A DNA stretch of 63,836 nucleotides, the filler included, from Sluysia triapertura (taxonomy: Eukaryota), in NCBI GenBank assembly GCA_046118255.1. It is 5 parts of 5 records of this genome, joined end to end, with 100 filler letters (N's around TTAATTAATTAA, not from the genome) between each part and the next. Parts side by side here need not be neighbours in the genome. Positions count along the whole stretch, not along the records: positions 1 to 11,019 come from JBJNIA010190075.1; positions 11,120 to 24,897 come from JBJNIA010020514.1; 3 more parts are not named here. One strand, 5' to 3'. Under the pieces are notes generated by a model. The model was not told the origin of the DNA. It searched no databases and saw only the letters and a program-made list of their open reading frames with translations. Below, piece by piece: positions 1-13,767 of the stretch. Both the position numbers and the translations under genes were made by a program. Within the stretch, counting starts at the first letter, position 1, and the number at the start of each line of letters is the position of its first letter.

Positions 1-2435
1 AAAACTTATTTTTATTTTCATGGACAATAATAGATGAAACTTTGTGTTAGAAAAACTGCAAAGTTTTTATCTTCTCTTAATTTAAAGGTGCAAATCTTAT
101 GCTTAATAACTCTTATTCACTTCTAAATTATTTGTGGTAGAATTTTTTATTTGCAATAAAACTTTAACTTTAATTCTTTTAAAATTACTTAAATTTAACT
201 TTGACGTTAATTTATTTATAGTCTTTATTTGAAAATCGGAGTTTTATTCGTTTCTGATATTCGTGCAATTAATTAAATTTTAAATTTTCTTTGGAAGTCT
301 CAAGTTATAAATAAGCTTTTAACTATTAAAACTTTATTAATCAAACGAATAAATGTAGTTACAATTGTCAAATAAACTTTATTTAAGTTAAATATGTATT
401 TTACTTAAATATGCAATTAAACAGATATATCAATCAAATCAATCGAATTCAATAGTTTCACCAAATTAAGTAAATAATTTAAAATTTTTTGTTTAAAATT
501 TTAGAATGCATCTCCTTATATTCTAGCCCAAAATTTAATTAGTTTTCTTCTATGATAATTTCATCATTTCTATTATTTATCCAACTCTGTTCTATAATAA
601 AATGTATCATTTCAATTTTATTCTATATTTTTTTCCTTTTATTTGGTCAATTTCTTCCATATAATAGTTAATCACATTCCATAATATAATTCTGCTTATT
701 TATATCCGCCTTAATTACACAGTAATTTTCGATTTAGATTTTTCTATAATAAATTCTACATTATGATGAAATATATTTCATTTCATTTAATATTTAATTT
801 AATTTTTCCTTACAAATTTTTATTAAAACAATATCGTTTCAACTGTAAATAAAGATCTTCACTTGTTTCAAAACTTTTCACGAATTAGCTTAGCATTTTT
901 TTAATTATATTTACATGTGATAAAAATCAATTAAAACTAGATGCCTAACTGTACTATTTCTACAAAATGGTTCGAAGTTAATACTAATTTTAAGCATCAC
1001 ATTTTTTGAAGGTCATCTAAATTTTATTGTACGATTCTCTGAAAGTTGTTTATCATTAGGTGATTCAAGAAAAATAATTTCTTTCACTTTAACATTATTG
1101 AAAATAATTTTTAGAGTTTTCTCAGTGTTACACTGAAACTGACACTGAAATTTTTAATATGATATGCCTTTTTATAGTTCAATATTACAACTTCAGGTGG
1201 AGTTATATTGATTTTTGCATTGATTAAGTATGCATTATGATTAGATATGAGACATGTGAATTATTGTTTTCCGTGCTATCACGTGATATTTTAAAAAAAA
1301 TCATAATTTTTCCTGAATAACTTGGCTTTATTATTTATCGTTATTTTTCTAGTATTTAAAATTTTAGATATAGAACACATTAGTGTATTATACCTTTTAA
1401 TTTCGAAGTGAACTTAACTTTTGTATTGTGACAAATTTGTCGTTGTGTTCAACCAAAGTAGTCAATTGTAGTTATAATATTATATAATTCTCCTCCATTC
1501 AATATTTACTCTGATGTTAATTATATATTTGTAATTAAATGTTAGAAGAAATGACATTTATTATTTTTAAGGGAGTTTTACGAAATAATAATTTAATCTG
1601 AATATTTATTGATGGTTTTTATTTTTCTAAACTTATTTATATGAAGTTTCAGTTTTAAAATAGCTCTCTAAGCATAATTATTACCCATTTTCGCAAAATT
1701 ATTCGTACAATTACTAGTTTAGTATTTCTAAAGAAATTATAAAATGTGACAATATCTTTTTATTGTACATCATACTTAGAATATGTGAATGTATTTTTAT
1801 TCATATTAATTTTATCGATGAATTCTCGAGTATAAATTAAATGTTTCTGTTATTAAATTTTATTTTTTAAATTTACTGAGCTATCTTATCAATAATATAA
1901 CTTTTTAATAGCACTTCTACGTTTATGTAACATAAGAAATATTTAATCTATTATAAAAATAGTGTTCTATGTTTGTTTTTTTGTTTTAATGCTTCAATTG
2001 CTTGTTTAATTTAATTTAAAATTTTAATAAATAGAGAGTTTGAGAAATTATATTGCATGGTTTGTTTCGGCATTATTGGAGAAAATCCACTTAAATTATC
2101 TTTTTTAATTGTTTGCTCGATTTAATAAGGTCTAAAATCATATTTAAAATCCCGAAAATCATCTCATTTGTTTTACTTACATACAATTTTATATAAGTTT
2201 CAAAGAACTCATTGTACACTTGTCTTATTATTGATTTTGTTTAAATATTAATTTTATCGTTCTTAGTTGTTTGGTATTTGTGAGTAACCTACATGATAGC
2301 TTCTTATTATGAAATAAAGTGCATTGTACCGAATTGGATCCTCGATTTAAAAGATGACATTAAATTCATAGATTAAGTCAAAGAAATTTGATAGGGTACG
2401 ACTTTTACGATTAATAATTGTGTAATATCATATGT

Positions 2436-2648
2436 TTATATTGCAGTTACAGACACACAAACTGCATGTTTTAAGCTGTGTACTAAAACTGAACCATTCC
2501 AAATTTTATCTTGCTGGCAGTTAAATTTAAGGAAAACGATGCAGCAAATACACATCGTCAATATTGCTAACAAATAATGTATTGCCTTTCGCTTATACCA
2601 AAAGCCGAGAAAGGCGATATTTCTACTATTGTAAGAAATCTTTTTCAT
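2436..2648 (-). pseudogene. Possible P5-type ATPase (ATP13A-like) N-terminal fragment
   Basis: ORF RNIAFLGFWYKRKAIHYLLAILTMCICCIVF resembles the basic-then-hydrophobic N-terminal segment of ATP13A proteins. No DKTGT or TGES motif found downstream. Confidence 0.25.
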
Positions 2649-5600
2649 ACCTTGTTGATTATTAGTACAAAAAGTATGAAATGAAGAAAAGCCTTAAATT
2701 TGAGTATTTAAATTATTTTTTGGCTTTACTTTTTCAACGTTTTTAAAAAACCCATACTATATTTTAAAATAATTTTTATAATTATATATTACTGAAAATG
2801 AAGTAATAAAGATGTGAAATACACCGATTCGTTGAAACCGGAAATAGATTTAAATAAATCAAAATTTTTGCTTTAATTATTTCTCCTTGTTGTTTATTTC
2901 ATCTTTTTATTTATAATATTTAGAATTTAATTTATATTCAATATATCTACAGATATAACTTTTAATGAAACAGCACATGAACTTCGTATGTTTATAAAAT
3001 CCTATTTTCTGTTTCAAAATTTGAAGCATCTTCAAAAAGTTAAGAAACCATTAAAAATTCTCTTATTAAATTTCATTGTTCTTTCTGTATGTGAAGTTAT
3101 TTTCAAATTGCAAGACCAAATTTTATATAATATTGATTCTCTCCTATGTAGTTAATCGTACGCTTAATTGATAATTAATTGATATACACTTAAAATTACA
3201 GTAATTTTGAAAAAATAAATTCATTAAAACTAAACGCTTTTCAATTAACTTGCAAAGACATATTATAGTATATAAACGGGAGATATAATGTAAAACATAT
3301 TATTTGATCAAAATCATCCAATTAAGAATCAAGGAACTATTATTTAAACAATGAAAAAATACAATATCATATACATAAATTTAATTACCAAATTGTCATC
3401 AAATAAAGATATTAAAATATAAGGTAAATAAAAATCATTTTTAAGAACTAAGAAAAATGGAAACTAATCGTCATATAAAGACTAGGTTTACAGTAGAATT
3501 AACAATTGGTGAACTAAAAACTTCAATTGAAAAATTAGCAAGTTTGCTTTTGTTTTTTGTTTACACAAACATTTGATACGGTGGTAGTACTCTAAATTAT
3601 AATTTTAATAAATATTTTGTTGATGATCATGTCGGTCAAACCGAGGATAAGTAAAACGTTCTTAAAATTAAATTTGAGAATACAAAGTGAACGAGTGATT
3701 ATATGTACTTAGATCAGTTCTAATTTCTATATATTTAAAAACATTAATTAATTTGTTAGTTTGTCATCACAACCCTTAAAATTACAAAATTTCAAAAAAA
3801 TAGTAATTTGGGAACTCTACTTGATTGGCTGGTATAGATACTTGTTTCAATTGAAGAACCATTCACAATTTAGTGAATTATTTTATTAGTTACTTGAAAT
3901 TTTGGACAATTACATTCAATTTTACTGTGATTATAAAATTAGTAAGTTTAGAGTTTTTTTTAGATAGGTTCTACTCGAAAGAGTGAAATCGAAAAATCTA
4001 GGTAAAATGAATGGAAAAAAGGTAATCGCTAAAATTTGTAATTAATCAATCAATTATTTATAGGGATTGTAATTGTACAATCTTTACTATTTTATTATCT
4101 TATTGCTTCTACCATCCTTTAAATACTATCTACAAATTTTAACACAACACAAAATCATCAACTTCTAACTATTCAATACTTCCTTAGTACTCAGTTTAAT
4201 TCCATGCCATGTATCTTGTATTAGTACATTTCAGTGTGTAACATCGCTTTGGTGATATATTTTCAGTGCGTATTATTTTTTTACATTATATATTATGTTA
4301 TTTAAATCCGCTTTGCTAGTTGGTATTTGTTTACGTTTGTTACTATTCACTTTTTGGCGGATTTTTTAAATTTTTTAATAGTTCGATCTGTACTATCTTC
4401 TAAATGCTAATTTAGTGCTACGGATTCCTGCCTTCTTTCTTCACAGTTGTATATGGTTTCTAGTTTCTTAGTTATTTGAGGTATTTCTGGGTGCTTTTGG
4501 TGTTTATGAAGATGTTTTTTGAGGTTTTTCAACCCTTCTTTCAGTTGTAACATATGTATTCGTGGATATTAATATTCAAATGTAACAGATCTATCTATAA
4601 TTTTTTATTTTTAATTTATTTTTGAGATATTTTTAAAAAATTTACAATATGGATTGGTTTTCGCATTATTATTAAGTTCACTGTTATTTTGGATCCTTAA
4701 TACTATCGGTCTCGAAACTATAACTTTTATAAACATTCTATTAAAAAATCAATTAATTTATAAAATTTGGTAATATATTTAAACTTAATTTTCTTTTGAT
4801 TATTTTGTATCAAAAATAATTTAAATCTAATTACTCTTTATTTTACTTTTTGTATGTTTTAAACAGTATTTTTTGAAAATATTAATATAAGATTAATATA
4901 ACAATAAGAATATGAATATTGTAAATTTTGTATGAGCAAAATTTTTAAAATTAAGTTTATCAAAATGACTCTCAAAACGACTATAGATTAAGATTACCGT
5001 ATATATTTGTTTAGTGACAAACCTTAATAACCACTAAAATTTTATTGTAAACCAACATCATTTCCTTTTCATTTCATTACACCTCAACAGTTATGCATTC
5101 ATCTATTACACGCTCTTTAAAACTAAATTATTTTCACAATTCCACAACATCTAAATCACAATTATATTCAACACTGTCAATTCATATTAACTAATTCACC
5201 AGAAACATTACTCAACATTCGCAATAATCCAACAACAAACTCATTCGAAATAATCCATTTAATACTTTCGAACTCTTTAAGTTATACAACACTTTAACAA
5301 TTAATACCTAATAATTAATAACATTTATTCAATAGTTTATTTGCTCAAACAAAGTCACAATCATAAACTTATAACACACAAACCACAATTACATCTAATA
5401 TCATTCCATAACACCAATAAATCTATTCGAAACGCGTAAAATACCCACTTCACACCTTCGAATCAATTACAACATTTCAAATGCACTATTCGTCTATGCA
5501 CAATCATCATTAACATAGAACAACAACTCTAAAATCACCAAACAAAATGATTACACAAAACATAGTATAATAACATCTTAAATATACAAAGAGTTGTATT

Positions 5601-7899
5601 GCAATTGTTCTTAGATTCATTAAATTACAATCTTCCCAGCAAACCTTTTTATCCACGATATTTCAATACTTAAATCTTATTTTCAATTTTAGACTTCAAT
5701 CAATATTTAAGAACTTATTCTAACATTCTCTATTTCATTTTCGACTCAAATCATTTATTATATCTTCGAAGGTGAATTATACCTATCAATTCTTTCGAAA
5801 CAAATATTACTCAAAAATACAGTTTTAATTCATTTTAATATCTCAGAAATCATTAAGAAGTTTAGGAAAATCTAATACAGTTTTAAAGAATTCAATTTTA
5901 TACAATGAAATAACAACGACAACTCGAGCACATTGCATCCTGTTTCGTTGCTATTTCACTCAATTTTATCAATTTTTGTTTTATTTTTATTTTTCATGTA
6001 GGAAATAAAGAATTAGACAAGAAAAGATTGTGTAATATTTTTTAATGAAGATTTATGCATTATTTTATATTTTTTTGTTTTATTAATAATAATAATAACA
6101 AAATTGTTATTCTTATTATTATTATTATTATTATCAATTATTACATTAATTGTTATTTAAACTTTTATAATATAAAATGTTATAATAGTTGCTGCCTTCA
6201 CCAGTAACTTCTTATCACAATTTTCATTATTGTGTCAATACTGATGATGGCCAATCATCATCAATCATTAGTAATCATCATTATTACAATTCATTCTATC
6301 TTTTTAACTACCATCCAATCAGGGCTAATTCATTGAATCGTACATTTGCAAACCCTGATTGCATAACCAACTAGAAAACAATATTTTGCTGACACAAAAA
6401 AATTAACACGATCCAAAAAATCACATTTTTATTTGTACGAATTATAAAACAAATTTTGCAGAGAATAATTTTAAGAAAGTTATTTAAAAATCCGAATTTT
6501 GTGACAAAAAATTGTGACGCGAATTTATAATTTATTAGATTTAATGTCTCACATAAAACAGCTAACTTTTAATGAATTTCAGAACCTAGAGAATGCACGT
6601 ATTTGCAGATTTGCTACTTCCGATTGCCGTTTGGAATGTTTACGTAGTCTTTGTGAAAATATACAAATATGTTACAATCGTTTACATTCATTATCGAGTT
6701 TTTTACATAATAATTTAACTATTCAGGCGTATTTATTTCATTATCAGTTGAATTACGCCTATTATTTAGTTTTAATTCCATTAATCGCGCAATTAATAGT
6801 GAAATAACTGGTATACGACTTATTTCTTTCAGTCGTATCTTAAACAAATTGGCATCAGAAAGATCATTTTTGATTACGCAAAATGTTTATCTTGATTTTT
6901 TCAATCGACTCAATTGAAAGAAGAGAAGTTGACTAATGAACTATTCTATTAAGACGAAAGTGTTGCACTACCAATGAAAGACGATTCGCTGTTGATGAAT
7001 ACTTGAGATTAAAATATGAATTTACTTCAATTTTCTTAGACATTATTTCTCAGACTACTGAAATGCTGAAGGAATTCAGTAGTCAACATTTACAAAAACG
7101 AAAGTTTCGTAAAGGACTACAGTGGAGTGATCACAAGGATGTTGTATTGTGTCATCAAATGATTGATCGATATTTAAGTGTATTATGGACAATGTTAGAC
7201 AAAATGTTGTAACACTAGCGATGTGATGAAGATTTCCTGGTTATATCTTGGCTACTTTTGAATATCGAATGCCATTATGAATTAGGACAATTAATTAAAA
7301 AGATGGCTACATTAAGCTTACATCAATGGCGAATGAGGCAAGATTATCATGTTAATCCACAACTACATCCGTTATGTCATGGACTGTTAATGGTGTTTCA
7401 ATTTAGTTATACTTTAATATGGGCAAACAGATGCATCAAAACTCGTGTTGGGACAATATTTTCAGTAATTTTAAGTCGTTTGTTTATAATTAATGATTTT
7501 ATTATGTTATATTTTCCAGACTCGAAATGTGAAATATGGAATCTCGAAGTACCATGCAGTGCAGTGAAGAACTCGAAAATCCTGAATTTAAGAATTTATA
7601 AAAATTTCAAATGTATACATATATGCTATTTTATATCTAATAAAACTCATTGTTTTATCTATTCTAAAGTTTTTATTATTCATATAAATAAAGATAGAAT
7701 ATCTTTCGTAAATACAAGAAATATAAACAATAAATAAAGAGTCAAATAATGTATGTTGAATCATTTAACAATAAAATTAACATTTGTTTAATCATAAAGG
7801 TTTTTGTTTCTACGACGTTTAATCTTGAGCTTATATCAAATAAACGAACAAATTTTAAAATTCGACAAATTTATTTCAAAACCCCGTCAACCAACCACG

Positions 7900-8417
7900 C
7901 CCCCAAATCAGTTCAACCATATAATATTCTTTATCAATCACATTTTATACGTTACCCCATCTAAATTATAATTTCCCTCCGTGCAATATATCCGTATCTG
8001 CTTTCAACTTCCTGCAGCAAAATAATGATAGTACTTTATAACACCTTTTTACTCCAATTATTAAATCACTCGTTATCCTTATTTTTTTCCTTTTGAAAAG
8101 CTTCTAGGCAAGTCTCTGCGAACATTATTAACGGTATAAACTGTTCCATGTTGACCACCATACTATAACTTTACAGCTGGCTTCACTACACATTCTTTAA
8201 CCTCTGTGCATATTAGTCCACTTTCTTGGTATATATGAAATATTTCACTTCCTAAATTAAATAACCTTGTTGGTGTGGCCTCTGGGCAGTTCTCTGTGTC
8301 TACTAACGAGAAACTGCAGTCGTAAGCTACAATTGTGCCAGTTGGTTTAATTCCGCACAAAATTAAATTTATCATTAACAATCTTTGGAAATTTTGAGTT
8401 ATCGCTGTTTGATTCAT
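7900..8417 (-). pseudogene. Chuvirus-like envelope glycoprotein N-terminus (copy 1, degenerate)
   Basis: Hydrophobic leader, then IVAYDCSFSLVDTENCPE...IYQESGLICTEVKEC, and after frameshifts YCTEGNYNLDGVTYK/NVIDKEYYMVEL. Aligns with copy 2 (KAFDC...FSLLDTEDCPE...VYQEGNLVTTLVKEC; GTCERGSIEYEGK/YHNVVTQETYVVSL). Confidence 0.8.
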
Positions 8418-8420
8418 CTA

Positions 8421-8760
8421 CCCCTGCCGAGAACTTATTTCTATGTTTTCCTTGTTTATCTCCTCTATTAAGACTTTCCATCCTCCCTTCTGAATAATCC
8501 ATTGCGATAAATATTTATTTATTAACACATCTGCTTTTTGCAGGCGTTTTCTTGATATACGAATGTTCTATCATGTATCTGTATAGCCAAATGTGTCATT
8601 ATATTTATTATTTTACTATTCGTAATACCATCCATTATAGTTCGTCTAATTATCATTCCGTTTTCATAGTCTAGTATTGTATTGTGATGTAAAATTCTAA
8701 AAGATCCCCTTTTATTTGTGGTATTTTACCTTTAATTAGTTCTGCTAGCTGTATCTCCGT
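8421..8760 (-). pseudogene. Candidate Bcl-2-fold domain of a retroelement (copy 1)
   Basis: Manual translation across frameshifts gives IPQIKGDLLEF (BH3-like), IIRRTIMDGITNSKIINIM (BH1-like) and KYLSQWIIQKGGWKVL (BH2-like). In frame with the glycoprotein ORF, separated by a single TAG at 8418-8420. Confidence 0.6.
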
Positions 8761-9715
8761 TTCATTTGGATTTACTTTGAATTGGTAATATTTTCTAGGA
8801 TTTAACACTCTTCATTATACATAACATATTTACTTTGTCTTCTGGTTTCAACGATATTCTTTCAAGAAACGCTCCCATTTCTTGTAGTTGTCCTTCATAT
8901 TTCTGATTTCTGGCGTTAATATCATATTTCACTTTATTTCATTTTATAACTTCATCAGTAAATTGTAGATTTTTTGGTATCGACTTGTTTATTTGCCTTT
9001 TTGACGCCACTAGATCATTTATTATTTCATCTCTTTGTTCTCCTTATCGGTTTGAATCCAACAATTTATTTTCTTTGTTGTTTTGTCTTACTACGTGTCC
9101 AATCATTGATAGTTTGGTCTCATTGATTTTTCTTCATTCTCCTATTCTATTGTGCACGACTTTTATTACACTGTTTCATAATTAGCTGTGTTTCTAAGTT
9201 TATTAATGTATTTGTTTAAATTTGTTTAAATTATTTCATGCAGTGATGTAATTCTAATAGTCTGATATTTGTAACTTTAAAATATATATTCAATAATAAA
9301 ATTAATCAATTTCCCCTTGAGTAAATTTTTGGTAATTTATTAGTATAATGATGATTAACTAACAATTAAGTACGACAATAAATATAATAAAAGTGTCTAC
9401 ATCGGTAATAAAAATGATTAATTGCAAAATATTAATAAAAAGTGAGTATAATAATAAAAATTTTTATTAACATTGTGTTTAATGTCTTATATACAAAAAA
9501 TTATTGATATTTTATTAACATACAAAAGTCTATATTTTGTATTCGAAATATCATTGGAACTCATAATTTGATTGGATTTCTTTTCAAAGATTCAGGCTAC
9601 TATTTTTAGTTCCATACCAAGTAATAAGTTTTTCATCCTTACTTAAAGGAAGGATTAAAATCCAAGTAAAATAAGTAAACTTTTTCTAGTAGTGTCAAAA
9701 TCGTAATTAAACTTT

Positions 9716-9792
9716 GTGTTGGGTAAAGGCCTAAAATGCCATGTAGTACAATTGACTATAGTAATCTAAAAAATTGTTAGGTTGGGCTGATA
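9716..9792 (+). repeat. tRNA-derived repeat, copy A (leader plus first bases of the tRNA-like core)
   Basis: TTGGGTAAAGGCCTAAAATGCCAT...TTGACTATA...TTGTTAG...GGGCTGATA matches the leader of the copies at 19682 and 39572. Breaks off directly into LINE sequence. Confidence 0.75.
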
Positions 9793-11019
9793 TGACTATT
9801 GACCCCATCCTGGAGATTGAGATCCTCACTACTCTCAAATACTGCAAGCGCTCATCGCCAGGTCAGAACCGAATAACATTCGAGAATTTACAGGATGTCG
9901 ATCCCACTGGTAAACAGAATCCTACTTTTTAACAGAATTCTGGTCAACCAAAAGGTCCCGACTGTTTGGAAGAACTACAACACTTTACTGATAATCAAAC
10001 CCAATAAATATGACTCGGCACAAAACGTCGCTTCATGGAGATCTATAACTATAGTGGACTGCAGCTATAGAGTCTTTGCCAAGATCTTGAATGACCGCTT
10101 ACTGGCATAGGTCAAAAGTGGCAACCTCATCAGTACACATCAATCAGTACTCTCCAATCAGATGGATGCACCGAGCACAACTTTCTACTCTACTCACTTA
10201 GAGAAATAGTGGAGTCGATAAATCACAGGAAATCGCGCAAAATTGAATTACACATTGTCTTCCTCGACTTGGCGAATGCATTTGGTTCGGTGCCACACAA
10301 TCTGATATGGAATACTCTCAAGAATGGGACTCCAACAGCAAACCCTGAATATCCTGAAGGACCTATACCAAGACAGCAGTACCACCTACAAATGCAATGG
10401 CATTATAACCAAACCTGTACCGATCAAGTATGGAGTGAAAGAAGGCTGTTCATTGTCCATGACACTATTCTGTCTGGCAATAGACTATCTGTTCCGGCAG
10501 TTCACGTATGATGACTGCATCAAAATAACTGATGACCTGAAATTTCCTCAATACCTGGCATATGCTGACGACAGCCCTAATTAGTACTACCTTCGACAGA
10601 CTACAACAGATCGTCAACGGAGTTGTCCAAAATGCGAAATCAGCCAACCTCATATTCCGGCATACGAAATGCTTCTACTACAACAACATCCCCGACTCGA
10701 GATATTCACTACTAATCGAAAATACTCCGATTCCCCGTGTCACCAGTGAAAACCAAACTCTATATCTTGGCGTTCTATTTGGTGACTATAAGCGGCAAAG
10801 TATTAATGATTTATTAAACGAGAACATCAAATACACCGAACTGATATCGAAGTCAAAACTGGGTGCCCGGAATAAGTTCCTCATGTACAGGAACTTTGTG
10901 CAATCCAGACTTCCGTTCCATCTAAGGAACCTGAACATCAACGTACAATCCCTCAGCAACCGCCATCCTAAAAGCACACCCCAATCAGTGAGGTACGACG
11001 AAAAGATACAAGAACTGCT
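9793..11019 (+). mobile_element. Non-LTR retrotransposon RT fragment, R2/NeSL-Utopia-like (frameshifted, cut by scaffold end)
   Basis: RT motifs WRSITIVDCSYRVFAKIL, FLDLANAFGSVPH, GVKEGCSLS, LAYADD and YLGV spread over overlapping ORFs. GC content is higher than the flanks. Confidence 0.9.
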
Positions 11020-11119
11020 NNNNNNNNNNNNNNNNNNNNNNNNNNNNNNNNNNNNNNNNNNNNTTAATTAATTAANNNNNNNNNNNNNNNNNNNNNNNNN
11101 NNNNNNNNNNNNNNNNNNN
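11020..11119. other. Artificial scaffold-joining spacer
   Basis: N44-TTAATTAATTAA-N44 (six-frame stop linker). Confidence 0.97.
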
Positions 11120-11195
11120 GCCGTTTTGTTTCTATGGGATTATAAGAGAATAAATTGTTTAAATGTAGAGTAATAAAATTTATTTGAGAATTTAA

Positions 11196-11663
11196 CCTTT
11201 AAATGATCTTGTTATTAAAACCAACGTAAAAGCCTATTCCGGGTCTAGTCAGAATCGCGCTTAACTTAATTAGTTTAATGATAAATAAGAATATATTTTC
11301 AAAGAAAAATATTATGATTAATACAAGATATTTTCAGAATGCTTTATTTTAACAAATAATTTGAGCATGTAACAATTTGCTGCAATTTTCTATCCACTTC
11401 ACATACAAACGTTTTACAGTTTCTGCATGTTGTGTTCACTTTTTTATGATATTTTCGTGGACACTGATAACATCTGCCACGTTTTTAGGCAGATCGACTC
11501 ACTCAGGTTCATGTTCTATAAAATCATCACATTTAATAAACACTTGATGACAAGTCACAATTAATGTAACTACAAATACTTAGTGGAAATTTGCCGAAAT
11601 GTACAAAATAAACAATTTTTACAAAAATTGGTCCTCAAGAAACCCTGCTTGGCCATTTAAAGG
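11196..11663 (-). mobile_element. Internally deleted piggyBac element
   Basis: TTAA-CCTTTAAATG...CATTTAAAGG-TTAA ends. The minus strand at ~11365-11490 encodes KRGRCYQCPRKYHKKVNTTCRNCKTFVC, a piggyBac C-terminal cysteine-rich domain. Confidence 0.85.
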
Positions 11664-12231
11664 TTAAGGAATCGTAGACCATAAGAAATGCTATTATGCT
11701 TATTCAGCACTAAAACATCGGTATGGAAAGTATCATGAAATATTCGGCATTGTCTTTTCCTAATAAAAGATTGAAATTTTTTTGGTAAGTAGACGAGATT
11801 TTTTATAAAACTATAAGAATTAGAAGTCATGTCCCTCGAATAACATTAAGAATTATCCGTAAACAAGAAAACTAAAAGGGTACCTTCAAAAGTAAATAAT
11901 TTATTCAAGTCAAGTTGTATAAATTTTGTTTAGCGAGTAACTTCAATAATGTGTGTAATATTTTTTTACAATTCAATTAAATTGACTTTAGAAATTTTCC
12001 GAACAGTTATTACTTGAAACAACGATTTATATACTTATTTAAACTTTTCATTTACAATTAATTCAATGGTAAAATAAGTTAATCTTTGATTTTTAACACT
12101 TCTGGCAATTTATAATGGAAAATCAATATTTACATCTGGTTAATTAAATATAAATTTTCTTTGTATTCAGTTTATCTGTTATTTAGTGAAATTACTTCTT
12201 TCATTAGTGTTTGCAATATTTCTATAATAGC

Positions 12232-12232
<1 letters not shown>

Positions 12233-12308
<76 letters not shown>
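12233..12308. repeat. (AAT)n microsatellite
   Basis: Perfect AAT run. Source of the spurious poly-I and poly-Y ORFs. Confidence 0.95.
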
Positions 12309-12309
<1 letters not shown>

Positions 12310-13767
12310 GTATAATAATAATATAATAGTAATAGTAATTAAGTAATTTAAATAATTGATTATAAGAACCAAATGAATGTTTCAAAGAAATATTAAAATA
12401 TGTAAATACTAATACATAATTTAAGATTAATTTAATAGCACAATCAACATATAAATGATATTATTCTGTATGAAAAATAAAGTTTTAACTTTGATAATAT
12501 ATTAATAATATATAACGTTAATAATATATTAGCATCATTATATTATATTATAGTTATTGTTTTTCATTATTGTTAGCAAATTTTAATAAAATACGTAACT
12601 TTTAAACAAAAATTAAAAAATACACAAAAATAATCTAGTTAATATAATATAGTATACAATGTATTATAAAAATGATGAAGAAAAAAAATGAAATTACTGT
12701 GATAAAATATGTTTTTGCATGGATGAATTAATTAGTGTTGATTTTTATCATTACATAATTTTGAATTAAGATTTCTTAAAATACTTTTGTTAATTAAAAT
12801 TGCACTATATGCATTATTAGAATTTTTATGTTATATTTACTTTACTTTAAATTTACTTTTTTTACGTAAATTAATAAAACAATTGCAAAACGTTAAACAT
12901 TCTAATTGTAAACGATTAAACAATAACATCACACTGAACAAATTCACCATAAAAATCATCTAAAGACTTAATTTATATTCACATAACATTAAAACAGTAT
13001 TATCCAGGAATGTCTCAGACTCCTTAGAACACCAAATAACAATATTTCGAAGAAGAAAATTCATACTTTCATTCATCTTTTTCATTTTACAAACTCATTC
13101 TATAGATCACATACAATTCAAACAATTAAAATGCAAATGATCATATGGTAAGTTAAATAGTAATAAGAAAAGAAATAAAAGATATATGAATAAAAGAAGG
13201 ATTGACACAAAAGGAAGTCAACAGAAATTTAACCATCTTTTAAACGGTAAAACACTCAGAAAAATTTTCAGTGATAACCGTATTCAAAACATCTTGCACC
13301 TTTATCTTTTAATAACTCCAGACATCCTTTATCTAAATATTATATTTATGTAAAAAAATTGAAGAAAGAATTAATAAAATATTTTATTATATAATAATAA
13401 TAGTAATAATATTGCTAATATAATATTAAGCAGAGTTAATAAATTGATGTAATAGTTGATATGTTGTGTGGTCACATCACCTGTTACATCACATTAAGGA
13501 TACATTTAGATGTTGCATAATTATTGTTTGCATACAGTTATCTAATCATATTAGTAAAAGAAATGTGTGAAATCATAAAAGCAATCGTTTTTTGAGAAAA
13601 TACAATGTAAAAAAAGATTTGTTCAAAGCTGAAATTTAATTCTTTAATGTCATTTAGGTTTATCGTTTGTTTTTAGTCATGGTAAATAAAGCTATTTAAA
13701 TTTTTAATTTTCTTATTAAATTTAAATGCCTTATAATCGAAGAAGATTTCCTATAACAACCTTATCT

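Noticed and set aside
3455-3545. FTVELTIGELKTSIEKL resembling a LINE RT N-terminus
   Set aside because: Too short, with no downstream RT motifs.
6400-6830. CpG-enriched block with short palindromes resembling the 50.8-51.1 kb LTR region
   Set aside because: No alignable similarity could be established by eye, and the ORF at 6514-6807 has no recognisable motif.
11020-11119. Recurrent TTAATTAATTAA palindrome inside N runs (also 24898, 38103, 52128)
   Set aside because: Identical 100-nt artificial linker with stops in all six frames. Not biological.
12161-12385. Poly-Ile and poly-Tyr ORFs
   Set aside because: Translations of an (AAT)n microsatellite.
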